A DNA stretch of 64,000 nt from Thermodesulfobacteriota bacterium (GCA_040755515.1 JBFMAW010000023.1:39383-103382), one strand, 5' to 3'. Numbered from the stretch's first letter, positions 46,166 through 55,966 are shown. A program made the numbers and translations. Notes: generated by a model from the sequence alone, not told the origin.

Positions 46166-47059
46166 ATGTCCCGGCCACTTAGCGGCGTGATGCCGCCCGT
46201 GATCACTCCTTTTCAAGACGAGGAACTGGACCTCGAGGCTTTTAAAGCCAACTTCGAGCGCTGGAACGAGACCGGACTGACAGGTTATCTGGTCTTAGGG
46301 TCTAACGGCGAAAACGCTTATCTGTCGGATGGGGAAAAAGAACAGGTCCTGGCCGCGGCCAGGGAAGCAGTGCCGCCGGAGAAAATCTTCCTAGCCGGCG
46401 CCGGTTGCGAATCCACCCGGGCCACCATTCATCTATGCCGGCGCGCCGCCGATCTGGGCGCCGACGGCTGCCTGATCCTCACGCCGGCCTACTTCAAAGG
46501 TCAAATGACGGCCGAGCGTTTGGAAAGCCATTACCGCCGGGTGGCCGATGCCTCGCCTCGACCCGTGCTGATATATAATTTCCCCCAAGCGACCGGCTTG
46601 AACCTCGGGCCGGATTCCGTGGCCCGCCTGGCCGAACATCCTAATATAGTCGGCCTGAAGGACAGCTCGGGCAACGTGTCCCAGCTAGGCGAGATTCTGC
46701 GCCAGGTTCCGGCCGGCTTTTCGGTGTTCTCCGGGAACGCCGAGGTTTTTTATCCGGCCTTGTGCCTGGGAGCCGTGGGCGGCATTCTGGCCGTGGCCAA
46801 CGTGGTTCCGGAAATATGCCTGGCCATATATGATCGGTTTTTGTCCGGCGACTACACCCGAGCTCGGGACCTCCAGCTAAAGGTCGGCCGTCTGGCCGCC
46901 CTCGTGACCAGGATACATGGAGTGCCCGGCCTCAAGGCGGCCATGATGCAAGCGGGGTATCAGCCGGGAGGCGTTCGTTCGCCGCTGACCATGCCGGTTT
47001 CGGAAGTGACGGCCGGCCTGGCCGCGGAATTGAAAGACCTGCTCCAAGGATGCGAGTGA
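46166..47059 (+). CDS. DapA-family lyase/aldolase (dihydrodipicolinate synthase / KDG-aldolase / N-acetylneuraminate lyase family)
   Basis: …GVMPPVITPF…TGYLVLGSNGE…IYNFP… and a Schiff-base Lys region (…VGLKDSSG…). Confidence 0.8.
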   Translation: MSRPLSGVMPPVITPFQDEELDLEAFKANFERWNETGLTGYLVLGSNGENAYLSDGEKEQVLAAAREAVPPEKIFLAGAGCESTRATIHLCRRAADLGADGCLILTPAYFKGQMTAERLESHYRRVADASPRPVLIYNFPQATGLNLGPDSVARLAEHPNIVGLKDSSGNVSQLGEILRQVPAGFSVFSGNAEVFYPALCLGAVGGILAVANVVPEICLAIYDRFLSGDYTRARDLQLKVGRLAALVTRIHGVPGLKAAMMQAGYQPGGVRSPLTMPVSEVTAGLAAELKDLLQGCE

Positions 47060-47222
47060 AATTTCTATACAAGACCTGTCGGCCATGGTAATAATTCGAG
47101 CTTGTTTTTCCCCGGAACGGGGCGGAATGATATGGGACGGACGGCGGGAAGTTTCCACTGACCGGCGGGAAGTCATAATAAATATTGAAATCAACGTAAA
47201 GGTAGGAGGAACGTTTTACAAC

Positions 47223-48206
47223 ATGTCGGCGATTTCATTAAACCGGCGTAACCATTTCCAGCCGGTAGGCGTTTTGTGGATAGTGCTTCTGGTGCTGGGG
47301 CTGATGCTGGTCGTTCCGGTGTCGGCCCAGCCGGCGGACAAGAAGGCCGGCGCTGAAGGGCTCAAGACCCCCTCCGCCGCCGTGGCCACGGCCGGCCAGA
47401 CCGGCTCGGCCCCGGCGTTGCTGCCGCCGGGGCTGCCGGTCGCGCAGGTAAATCCGCCCAAGGACAGCGTGGACAATTTCGTGAAATACATGAAGGAGCA
47501 ACGCCAGGAGGATGACAAGTACCTCCGCCAGCGGTTCAGCCGCACCCAGGCCCTGATCCATAACAAGGACCTTTGGCGGGACAAGGAGATTCGCGCCTTC
47601 CTGATGACGCCGCGCGAAGAGTTCTGCCGCAAGTGGAACCTGTCGCGGGCCTATGAAAGCAACTTCATGGACATAAAATACGGCGTGACCATCTCCGGGC
47701 CTCACCTGGTGGGTCGCATGACTTCGGCCCTGGACATACTACCCGGCGAGAAAGTGCTGGAGATAGGCACCGGCTCCGGGTACCAGTCGGCCATGCTGGC
47801 TTACCTGACCGATAAGGTCTACACCGTCGAAATCATCGAGCCCCTGGCCAAGGAGACGGATCAGATCTACGCTGATCTGGGCAAGACCAAGTACAAGGAA
47901 TACGGGAGCATTGTCCGCAAGGCCGACGACGGCTATTATGGCTGGGAGCAGTATGCGCCTTTCGACAAGATCATTGTCACCTGCGGCATTGACCATATTC
48001 CGCCGGCCTTGCTGAACCAGTTGAAGGAAGGCGGGGCCATGGTCATCCCGGTGGGTCCGCCGGGAGCGCAGATAGTCCTGAAGGTCACCAAAACCAAGGA
48101 CAAGGACGGCAATTTCGTCATCGCCAGGGAAGACATCTACCAAGGCAAAAAGAAGGTGCCGTTTGTTCCTTTCACCAAGAAGGGCGGCGGGGCTCATACC
48201 AAATGA
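47223..48206 (+). CDS. pcm: Protein-L-isoaspartate O-methyltransferase with N-terminal signal/TM anchor and ~130-aa linker (exported or periplasm-facing Pcm)
   Basis: C-terminus …VLEIGTGSGYQSAMLAYL…(SAM motif I)…GGAMVIPVGP… gives a canonical PCMT fold. N-terminus MSAISLNRRNHFQPVGVLWIVLLVLGLMLVVPVSAQPA is a signal-anchor. AGGAGGA RBS upstream. Confidence 0.8.
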   Translation: MSAISLNRRNHFQPVGVLWIVLLVLGLMLVVPVSAQPADKKAGAEGLKTPSAAVATAGQTGSAPALLPPGLPVAQVNPPKDSVDNFVKYMKEQRQEDDKYLRQRFSRTQALIHNKDLWRDKEIRAFLMTPREEFCRKWNLSRAYESNFMDIKYGVTISGPHLVGRMTSALDILPGEKVLEIGTGSGYQSAMLAYLTDKVYTVEIIEPLAKETDQIYADLGKTKYKEYGSIVRKADDGYYGWEQYAPFDKIIVTCGIDHIPPALLNQLKEGGAMVIPVGPPGAQIVLKVTKTKDKDGNFVIAREDIYQGKKKVPFVPFTKKGGGAHTK

Positions 48207-48297
48207 CGGGCTTCTTTAGTCCGTCATCGAGCCGAGGGCGATCAAGCAGAGTGGTGCGGCGGGCCTCCCGGCCCGTTTTTTACGAGGTTATCAATAA

Positions 48298-50841
48298 ATG
48301 AATTTCCCCCGGAAAGCGGGCGAAGAGTTGACCTCTTCGCCCGCCGCATATCTGGCCATCGCCCTGGTTTCCGGCGCCATTATCGCCTACGAGTTGTTCG
48401 TGATGCGGGTCTTCGCCAACGGTGGCTGGGCCCACTTCGGCTCGACGGTGATAAGCATAGCCATGTTCGGCTTCGGTGTCTTCAGCACCGTCTTGTGCCT
48501 TTGGAAGCAGGTGTTCAAGGCCAGGCTGGTCTTCTTCACCAACCTCAGCCTGCTGCTCCTGGGGCCGGCCATGGTCGCGGCCAACTCGGCGGCCCAGACG
48601 CTGTCCTTCAATCCCATCTTTCTCGTTTCCGATCCGGACCAGAAATATCATCTGGCCCTGCTCTTCCTGATCTATTTCGTACCCTTCCTGTTCGGCGCCG
48701 GTTTCATTGGCCTCGTGTTTCTGGCGGGTCAGAGTAATTTCGGCCTGGTTTACTTCGCCAATATGGCCGGGTCCGGCCTGGGCGGTTTGGTTCTTTTCGC
48801 CGCCCTGTATTACCTGCTCCCGGAGAAGCTGTTCGTCATCCCGGTGGCCATCTGGGCCGTCGGAGCCCTCTTGTGGTACCTGGGGCAAGGCCGGTCCGGG
48901 CTGGCCGTCCTGCTCTTGGCCGCGACGGCCCTGACGGTGATCGCCGGTGGTCTGGCGCCCCAGATCAACGTCTCGACCTTCAAGGGCGTCAGTTACGCCC
49001 GGAATTTTCCGGATGCCCAGAAGGTCTATCAGAGCGCCAGCCCTTTTGGCTACGTGGAGGTGTATTCCAGTTCCTATTTCCACTTCGCCCCTGGTTTAAG
49101 CGACGTGGCCTCGCTGTATCTGAAGGAGATGCCGGAAAAAGCCTACCTGGGCATGTATATGGACGGCGACGGCCCTATTGGCATAATGAAAAAACTGCCC
49201 GACCGCCAGGTGGAATACTTCAAGTTCCTGCCGCTCTCCATGCCCTACCTGCTCAAGCCAGACCCGGAAGTCCTGATAATGCAGTTCGGCGGCGGCATTT
49301 CCACTAACGTGGCCTTGAAGATGGGCGCCCGGAAGGTGACCGTGGCCGAGGGCAATCCCATGGTCATCCAGGCCGTCCGCGACAGTGAAGTCATCTCCGA
49401 GTTCACCGGCCGCATACTCGATGACCCCAAGGTCAATCTCGTGCCTTACGACGGCCGCATCTACGTAAACGAAGCGCCGGGCGGCTTTGACGTGGTTGAT
49501 CTAAGCCTGGCCGATTCGACCGGGTTGTCCATGCCCGGCGGTTCCTCCATTTATGAAAAATACACCTACACGCGGGAAACCTTGTCTTCCTGCCTGCGGG
49601 CCTTGAAAAGAGGCGGATTGCTTTCCATAACCGTGTGGAACAAGGAAGACCCGCCCAAGTCCACCTTGAAACTGATTGGCAGCCTGATTCTGGCCGCCCG
49701 GGCAGCGGCCGGCCGGGATGTGAGCCGCCATCTCTTCCTGGCCCACACCTATCTATCCACCCTAACCATCCTGTTCAAGGACGGCGGGTTCAGTGATGAA
49801 GAGGTCCGGCGCTTGTCGGACTACTGCCGGAAGATGAGCTTCGAAATCATCCACCAGCCCGGACAGGCGCCGGTTCCGGATGATCTGGACCGGGTGTTCA
49901 AAGCCTATCGCAACGCCTACTTCCTGCCCCAGGAGAACGAGGGGCAGGAGCAGGACGTAAATATGACCGCCGGACATCTTTACCGCCTGGCGGTCAGCCG
50001 ACTGCTGAGCGGCGATTTCAAGTCGGTCGAGGACGGCTACGTCTTCAACGTCAAACCCTTGACCAACGACCGGCCCTACTTCGCCGGGTTTGTCAAACCG
50101 GAAGACATCCCCAGGTTCCTGGACAAGCTGGAGGTCATCTCCGACGAATGGGGCTATCTGCTCCTAGGGGCCACCTTGCTGCTGTCCATGATTTTCGGTT
50201 GTCTGCTGCTGCTCTTCCCGATGATCTTCGGCTGGAAGGCGTTTTTCTCCAGCCACCGCGGCAAGACGGGCATAGTGGTCTATTTTTCCTGTCTGGGCGT
50301 CGGATATATGTTGGTCGAAATCGGCCTGATCGCCAAGTATATCCTTTGCCTGGGCAATCCCACCGTGTCCGTGGCCGTGCTCATCCCGGGCATGTTGATC
50401 TTTTCCGGCCTGGGAAGCTATTTTTCGGGACGGCTGGCGGATAAGGCCGGCCGGGCCATGATCTTAATCTGCGGGGCCATCGCCGGCCTGCTTTTGGTCT
50501 ATATGCTGGGTCTGGACGTTGTATTCCGGGCCGTGGGCTTGTGGCCGTACTCCCTGAGGATTCTGGTCTGCCTGGCCTTGCTGTTTCCCCTGGCCTTCCT
50601 GATGGGCTTCCCCTTCGCCCTGGGCATGTCCAAGTTGTCTTCCCTGAAGAAGGAGCCCTTCTTTGTCTGGGCCTGGGGTATCAATGGGTCCTTTTCCGTG
50701 GTGGGCTCGGTCCTGGTGCCGATCCTTTCGGTCCTCCTCGGCCTCTCCGCGGTGATGATCATTTCGGCCGCCGTCTATCTATTGGCCTTGCCGGCCTTCT
50801 TCCGGCTTATGACCCCTGACGTGGGAGACCCGGCGTCGTGA
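48298..50841 (+). CDS. Polytopic membrane protein with central spermidine-synthase-like (PABS/class I MTase fold) domain
   Basis: 847 aa: ~7 N-terminal TM helices, a central soluble domain (…VLIMQFGGGISTNVALKMGARKVTVAEGNPMVIQAVRD…DGRIYVNEAPGGFDVVDLSLADS…), then ~7 C-terminal TM helices. Confidence 0.7.
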   Translation: MNFPRKAGEELTSSPAAYLAIALVSGAIIAYELFVMRVFANGGWAHFGSTVISIAMFGFGVFSTVLCLWKQVFKARLVFFTNLSLLLLGPAMVAANSAAQTLSFNPIFLVSDPDQKYHLALLFLIYFVPFLFGAGFIGLVFLAGQSNFGLVYFANMAGSGLGGLVLFAALYYLLPEKLFVIPVAIWAVGALLWYLGQGRSGLAVLLLAATALTVIAGGLAPQINVSTFKGVSYARNFPDAQKVYQSASPFGYVEVYSSSYFHFAPGLSDVASLYLKEMPEKAYLGMYMDGDGPIGIMKKLPDRQVEYFKFLPLSMPYLLKPDPEVLIMQFGGGISTNVALKMGARKVTVAEGNPMVIQAVRDSEVISEFTGRILDDPKVNLVPYDGRIYVNEAPGGFDVVDLSLADSTGLSMPGGSSIYEKYTYTRETLSSCLRALKRGGLLSITVWNKEDPPKSTLKLIGSLILAARAAAGRDVSRHLFLAHTYLSTLTILFKDGGFSDEEVRRLSDYCRKMSFEIIHQPGQAPVPDDLDRVFKAYRNAYFLPQENEGQEQDVNMTAGHLYRLAVSRLLSGDFKSVEDGYVFNVKPLTNDRPYFAGFVKPEDIPRFLDKLEVISDEWGYLLLGATLLLSMIFGCLLLLFPMIFGWKAFFSSHRGKTGIVVYFSCLGVGYMLVEIGLIAKYILCLGNPTVSVAVLIPGMLIFSGLGSYFSGRLADKAGRAMILICGAIAGLLLVYMLGLDVVFRAVGLWPYSLRILVCLALLFPLAFLMGFPFALGMSKLSSLKKEPFFVWAWGINGSFSVVGSVLVPILSVLLGLSAVMIISAAVYLLALPAFFRLMTPDVGDPAS

Positions 50842-51869
50842 GCCAAGGTGGAGGGCCACCTTCTGTTTTTGAACTCGTATTAATCGCTCTCTTCCTGATC
50901 GCCGGGAACCTGGTCCCGCCGTCGGCCCAGGCCAAGGCGACCAGACCGGCGGGGACGTCGGTCCAGGAACCGGTTCAATCGGCCGCCAAGAACCCGACCC
51001 GCCAATCAAGGAATCAACCCCTGACCTTCATCGCCCGGCTGGACCACGCGCCCTTTCCCTATACGGGCAAGGTCGGGGATACGGACCATGATTTTTTCGA
51101 TTACGTGGACCCGGCCACGGGTGAAAGGTTCCACACCGGCCGCAACGGCGAACGTTTCTCCGAGACGGCCTGCTATGGCGACAGCAGCGTTTTATTTCAT
51201 CTACCCAACGGCTTCAGCGCGGCCAGACCGTTGATTTACGTAGTCTTCTTCCACGGTATCCTAACGGAAGTAAACGAATTTGTCCGGGACTTCTATCTCG
51301 TGGATCAGGTGGAGAACTCGGGCCGGAACGCCATCCTGATCGTGCCTCAACTGGCCAAGCACGCTACCGACACCAGCCCGGGCAAGTTTTTTCAAAGGAA
51401 AGCCTTCCGGCGCTTCATGGACGAAGTCAGCCAGGTCCTGGCCGCCCGCCTGGGCCGACGGCATCTCAAGAAGCTGAACCAGGCCCCGGTGATTCTGGCC
51501 GCCTTTAGTGGGGGATACAAGGCCACGGCGCTTGTTCTGGACCGGGGCGGCCTTGACGCCAGGTTAAAAGGCGTAATGCTGCTGGACGCCTTGTACGATG
51601 ACGTGGACCGGTTCGAAAAGTGGTGGCTCAAGAATAACCGGCGGACCTTCTTGTTGAACATTTTCGGAGCCGGGTCCTGCGAGGAAAACAGCCGGCTCCT
51701 GGCCGACGGCTTGGTCCGACGCGGCTTTAGACCTTCCCCGGAGTGGCCGCGCCAGGTGGACAAGCGGGGCCTTTACTTCATCCGCAGCAATAATGAGCAC
51801 CTGCAAATACCCCTGCTGGGCCCGCCCGAAAGACCGCTGGAAAAACTACTGCGGAACCTGGCTTTTTGA
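50838..51869 (+). CDS. Secreted hypothetical protein, possible alpha/beta-hydrolase-like
   Basis: Signal-anchor N-terminus (…VFELVLIALFLIAGNLVPPSAQA). No confident family match. …ILAAFSGGYKA… is a weak GxSxG-like nucleophile elbow. Start overlaps the upstream stop. Confidence 0.45.
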   Translation: MSQGGGPPSVFELVLIALFLIAGNLVPPSAQAKATRPAGTSVQEPVQSAAKNPTRQSRNQPLTFIARLDHAPFPYTGKVGDTDHDFFDYVDPATGERFHTGRNGERFSETACYGDSSVLFHLPNGFSAARPLIYVVFFHGILTEVNEFVRDFYLVDQVENSGRNAILIVPQLAKHATDTSPGKFFQRKAFRRFMDEVSQVLAARLGRRHLKKLNQAPVILAAFSGGYKATALVLDRGGLDARLKGVMLLDALYDDVDRFEKWWLKNNRRTFLLNIFGAGSCEENSRLLADGLVRRGFRPSPEWPRQVDKRGLYFIRSNNEHLQIPLLGPPERPLEKLLRNLAF

Positions 51870-51900
51870 GGTTCCCGGAGGTCGGATTTCGAGGGAAGAA

Positions 51901-52023
51901 TCAGGTCTCCGGCTGGCGTCGGAGTATGTACCCGGCCTGAGCGCCGGCGCCTAGGCTAAGGGCGTGAAGGGCGGCCACGTGGCCGCTCGGGCCGGCGCCG
52001 ATGACGCAAATTCTCTTGGACAT
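51901..52023 (-). pseudogene. Approximately 40-codon remnant of the N-terminus of an FAD/NAD(P)-binding oxidoreductase
   Basis: Minus-strand translation MSKRICVIGAGPSGHVAALHALSLGAGAQAGYILRRQPET* contains the GxGxxG dinucleotide-binding motif but terminates after 40 aa. Coordinates are approximate. Confidence 0.35.
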
Positions 52024-52161
52024 GTCGGCTGGGCCTCCTCTAATGGGGTATTATCACCCCGCGAAATCGACCGTCCCGCCAGAAATCGTCGGTGACTGCG
52101 TGAGTGATTTCATGATTATTAAATAATATTTTTATGAAATGTTAAGTACAATAAATAAATA

Positions 52162-52190
52162 TTGACTAATAACTCAATAGTGGATATAAA
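52162..52190 (+). promoter_or_regulatory. Candidate sigma70 promoter (TTGACT-17-TATAAA) in the AT-rich region upstream of lrp
   Basis: TTGACT at 52162-67, a 17-nt spacer and TATAAA at 52185-90. The surrounding sequence is strongly AT-rich, so Lrp autoregulatory sites are plausible. Confidence 0.35.
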
Positions 52191-52223
52191 AAATTGACTC
52201 TGGAGCAGGCGTGAGGGGGCGGG

Positions 52224-52667
52224 ATGAGGATTGATGAGACCAGTCTGGAAATCATCAAGCGTCTGAAAGACGGCCGGAAATCCTTTCGCGAAATCGCCCA
52301 GGAGTTGTCCATCTCCGAAAACACGGTCCGCTCCAGGGTGAACAGACTCCAGGAAGAAGGAATCCTGGAAATCGCCGGTTTGGTTGATCCTTCCGCCATG
52401 CCCGGCCACGCCCTGATTCTGGTGGGAGTGAAGCTCCTGACCATGGAATTGGTCAAGAAAGGAGAAGAATTAAGCCGGCTGCGGGGTGTGGTGTCCGTCA
52501 GCGTGGTCACCGGCCGTTTCGATATCATCCTGTTGGTTTTATTGAACCAGGAATTCGGATTATTGCAGTTTTACACCGAGGAAATGTCCAGGGTGAAGGA
52601 CGTGGGTTCGGTGGAAACCTTTGTGGTTTACAAATCCTTCAATCTTAAGGTTTCTTATATTTTGTGA
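52224..52667 (+). CDS. lrp: Lrp/AsnC-family transcriptional regulator
   Basis: …LEIIKRLKDGRKSFREIAQELSISENTVRSRVNRLQEEGIL… HTH domain plus C-terminal RAM/ACT-like domain. Confidence 0.85.
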   Translation: MRIDETSLEIIKRLKDGRKSFREIAQELSISENTVRSRVNRLQEEGILEIAGLVDPSAMPGHALILVGVKLLTMELVKKGEELSRLRGVVSVSVVTGRFDIILLVLLNQEFGLLQFYTEEMSRVKDVGSVETFVVYKSFNLKVSYIL

Positions 52668-52755
52668 ACGCGGCCGGCGCCGGCGGAGTCAAGGGTCGGC
52701 CGCGTCCTTCCGCCTCGAATGGTTCGCCAAGGATTCTAAAGCCAAGGAGGTTGAC

Positions 52756-53160
52756 ATGAAAGAAATCAGCGAACTCGTTCTGCCCGAATATGTCCGCTAC
52801 GCCAAGGACCACGAATGGGTCCGGCCCCTGAACGGCCGGGTCAAGATAGGTGTTTCGGATTATGCCCAGGATCAATTGGGCGACATCACTTTTGTCGAAC
52901 TGCCCGAGACGGGTGACGTTTTCGAGGCCGGCGAAGAATTCGGGACCCTGGAGTCCACCAAAGCGGTGGGCGAACTGTTCATGCCTCTGGCCGGCGAGGT
53001 TACGGCCGTGAACAAGGCCCTTCTGGACGAACCGGGCCTGGTCAACAGGGACCCGTACGGAGAAGGCTGGTTGGTGGAATTGGAGCCGGAGGACCCCGAA
53101 GCCGTCGAGGAAATGATGAATCGGGAAGAGTACCTGGACATGCTGGAAAGGATGGTGTAG
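52756..53160 (+). CDS. gcvH: Glycine cleavage system H protein
   Basis: …HEWVR…VKIGVSDYAQDQLGDITFVELPETGDVFEAGEEFGTLESTKAV… lipoyl-Lys motif (ESTKA). Start at the internal ATG preceded by AAGGAGG. Confidence 0.9.
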   Translation: MKEISELVLPEYVRYAKDHEWVRPLNGRVKIGVSDYAQDQLGDITFVELPETGDVFEAGEEFGTLESTKAVGELFMPLAGEVTAVNKALLDEPGLVNRDPYGEGWLVELEPEDPEAVEEMMNREEYLDMLERMV

Positions 53161-54483
53161 ATGCGCTATCTGCCCCATACGCCGGAGGACGTGGCGGCCA
53201 TGCTGTCGGCGATCGGCCTTTCCGACCTGGACGATCTTTTCTCCATGGTGCCGCCGGACTGCCGCTGGCCGGACGATCTGAATCTGCCGCCGGCCCTGTC
53301 CGAACTGGAGTTGATCCGCCACTTGTCCGATCTGGCCGACCGATCGGCCCAGGGATATAAGGTCTTCCTGGGGGCGGGTCGGTACGAGCACTTCGTGCCT
53401 GAGACCGTTCGCTATCTGCTGGGCCGCTCCGAGTTCAGCACCGCCTACACGCCTTATCAACCCGAACTCAGCCAGGGCACCCTCCAGGCCATCTACGAGT
53501 ATCAGACCCTGATCGCCAGGCTGTTGGGACTGGATGTGGCCAACGCCTCTCTTTACGACGGGGCCACGGCCCTGGCCGAGGCCCTTTTCATGGCCGTCCG
53601 GATAACCAGGCGCACCCGGGTGGCGCTGTCCCGGGCCATCCACCCGGCCTATCGGCAGGTGGTCAAGACATATTTCCGGCCGACCGGTTACGAGGTGATC
53701 GAGTTGCCCTACGGGTCTGACGGCCGGACCGATCTGACGGCCCTGGAGGGAGGGGGAGGCCTGGCGGCCGTGGCCGTGCAGTCACCCAACTTCTTTGGAT
53801 GCATTGAAGACCTGCCGGCCGCCTCTGACCTGGCTCACCGCAGGGAGGCCTTGATGGTGGCCACGTTCACCGAGGCCCTGGCTTATGGCTGGCTCAAGAA
53901 TCCGGGCGGCTCAGGCGCGGACATCGCCTGCGGCGAAGGTCAGAGCCTGGGGCTGCCGCGCGGTTTCGGCGGGCCCGGCCTGGGCCTGTTCGCCTGTCGG
54001 AATCAGTTCGTCCGCAACATGCCGGGGCGTCTGGTCGGCCAGACCCAGGACCTGGAAGGCCGCCGGGGTTTTGTCCTGACCCTGGCCACCCGGGAACAGC
54101 ATATCCGGCGGGAAAAGGCGGTCTCGAACATATGCACCAACAACAGCCTCTGCGCGCTGACCGCGGCCATGTTCCTGGCTTCGGCCGGGTCCCAGGGCCT
54201 GAAAAACATGGCCAGGCTCAATTACGACAAAAGCGAGTACTTGAAGAACAGACTGGACCGGGCCGGCCTGGCCCCGAGTTTCTCCGCTCCGACTTTCAAT
54301 GAGTTCGTGTTCCAGGGACCGGGTGACGCCGGATTCTACCGGCGTTTGCTCGATAAAGGCATGGCGGCCGGCCTGCCGTTAGGGACCTGGTACCCCGAGT
54401 TGGAAGGCCATTTTCTTATCTGCGTCACCGAAGTCAAGACCAGGAGCGATTTGGACCACCTGGTCGAGGAGATGATAAAATGA
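53161..54483 (+). CDS. gcvPA: Glycine dehydrogenase (decarboxylating) subunit 1
   Basis: MRYLPHTPEDVAAMLSAIGLSDLDDLF… canonical GcvPA N-terminus. Confidence 0.9.
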   Translation: MRYLPHTPEDVAAMLSAIGLSDLDDLFSMVPPDCRWPDDLNLPPALSELELIRHLSDLADRSAQGYKVFLGAGRYEHFVPETVRYLLGRSEFSTAYTPYQPELSQGTLQAIYEYQTLIARLLGLDVANASLYDGATALAEALFMAVRITRRTRVALSRAIHPAYRQVVKTYFRPTGYEVIELPYGSDGRTDLTALEGGGGLAAVAVQSPNFFGCIEDLPAASDLAHRREALMVATFTEALAYGWLKNPGGSGADIACGEGQSLGLPRGFGGPGLGLFACRNQFVRNMPGRLVGQTQDLEGRRGFVLTLATREQHIRREKAVSNICTNNSLCALTAAMFLASAGSQGLKNMARLNYDKSEYLKNRLDRAGLAPSFSAPTFNEFVFQGPGDAGFYRRLLDKGMAAGLPLGTWYPELEGHFLICVTEVKTRSDLDHLVEEMIK

Positions 54484-55934
54484 CCATCTTTCCGGGCGCG
54501 GGCGGTCTGGTTTTCAACGAACCGCTCCTCTGGGAAAAGGGGAAAAAGGGTCGCTGCGGTCTCAGTCTTCCCCAGACCGACGTTCCGGCCGCCGCGTTGG
54601 ACGAAAGCCTGACCGCCGAAACGCCGGACCTGCCCGACCTGTCCGAACTGGAGATAGTGCGGCACTACACCCGCCTCTCGCAGTGGAACGTGGGGGTGGA
54701 TTCCGTCTTCTATCCCCTGGGTTCCTGCACCATGAAGTACAACCCGAAGATCAACGAAAAACTGGCCGGGTTGGCCGGACTGGCCGAAGCCCATCCCCTG
54801 CTGCCGGTCGAGTTGAACCAGGGACCGCTCAAGCTGATATACGATATGGAACGCTTCCTGGCCGCCATTACCGGCCTGGACGCGGTCAGCCTTCAACCCA
54901 CGGCCGGGGCCCACGGAGAATTGACGGGCATGCTCATTCTGAACGCCTATCACCACCATCTGGGACGCCCCAGGTCCAAAATCATCGTGCCGGACACGGC
55001 CCACGGAACCAACCCGGCCAGCGCGGCCATGTGCGGTCTGACGCCGGTGAACGTCAAATCCGGCGAACGGGGGGTGCTGACGCCCCAAGCCGTGACCGAA
55101 GTCATGGACGAAGACACGGCCGGAGTCATGATCACCAATCCCAACACCCTGGGCCTGTTTGAGGAACACATCAAGGAGATCGCCGATATAGTCCACGGCC
55201 GGGGAGGACTGGTCTATTTAGACGGCGCCAACCTGAACGCGGTCATGGGTATCGTCCATCAGGGACGAGCCGGCGTGGACGTAATGCACCTGAACCTGCA
55301 TAAGACTTTCAGTACGCCGCACGGCGGCGGAGGCCCGGGCGCCGGCCCGGTCTGCGTCAACCAAAACCTGGCCAGGTTTCTGCCCGTGCCTCGGGTCGTG
55401 GAAAAAGAAGGCCGTTACCTTGTGTCCGAGGACTTTCCCGACTCCGTGGGCCGGCTGCACGCCTTTCACGGCAACTTCGGGGTGATAGTCAAGGCCTATT
55501 GTTATATCCTCAGCCTGGGGCCTGATCTGAAAAAGGTGAGTCAACTGGCGGTGCTCAACGCCAACTACCTCAAAGAAAAGCTCAAGGGAACGCTTCATCT
55601 GCCCTACGACCGTCCCTGCCTGCACGAGTGCGTCTTTTCGGACAAGTATCAGAAGGGCCACAAGACCACTACCTTGGATTTGGTCAAAGGCCTGATGGAT
55701 TACGGCTTTCATCCGCCCACGATCTACTTTCCGCTGGTGGTCCCGGGCGCCATCATGATCGAACCTACCGAAACCGAGACCAAAGAGGAACTGGACCTGT
55801 TCATCGAGGCGTTCCAGGCCGTGGCGGCCGAGGCGGAGGCCGACCCCGAAAGCCTGCGCCGCGCGCCGAAAAGAACCAAGGTGACCAGACTGGACGAAAC
55901 CGCGGCGGCCCGGCGGCCCTGTCTGGCGGGTTGA
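54480..55934 (+). CDS. gcvPB: Glycine dehydrogenase (decarboxylating) subunit 2
   Basis: …NLHKTFSTPHGGGGPGAGPVCV… PLP-Lys region of GcvPB. Confidence 0.9.
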   Translation: MTIFPGAGGLVFNEPLLWEKGKKGRCGLSLPQTDVPAAALDESLTAETPDLPDLSELEIVRHYTRLSQWNVGVDSVFYPLGSCTMKYNPKINEKLAGLAGLAEAHPLLPVELNQGPLKLIYDMERFLAAITGLDAVSLQPTAGAHGELTGMLILNAYHHHLGRPRSKIIVPDTAHGTNPASAAMCGLTPVNVKSGERGVLTPQAVTEVMDEDTAGVMITNPNTLGLFEEHIKEIADIVHGRGGLVYLDGANLNAVMGIVHQGRAGVDVMHLNLHKTFSTPHGGGGPGAGPVCVNQNLARFLPVPRVVEKEGRYLVSEDFPDSVGRLHAFHGNFGVIVKAYCYILSLGPDLKKVSQLAVLNANYLKEKLKGTLHLPYDRPCLHECVFSDKYQKGHKTTTLDLVKGLMDYGFHPPTIYFPLVVPGAIMIEPTETETKEELDLFIEAFQAVAAEAEADPESLRRAPKRTKVTRLDETAAARRPCLAG

Positions 55935-55966
55935 ACCGGCCGGCGGTCGAGAAGCGGAGTCAGGCG

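Noticed and set aside
52645-53643. 332-aa minus-strand ORF
   Set aside because: It is antisense to gcvH and gcvPA.
54336-55712. 286-aa and 164-aa minus-strand ORFs
   Set aside because: They are antisense to gcvPB.
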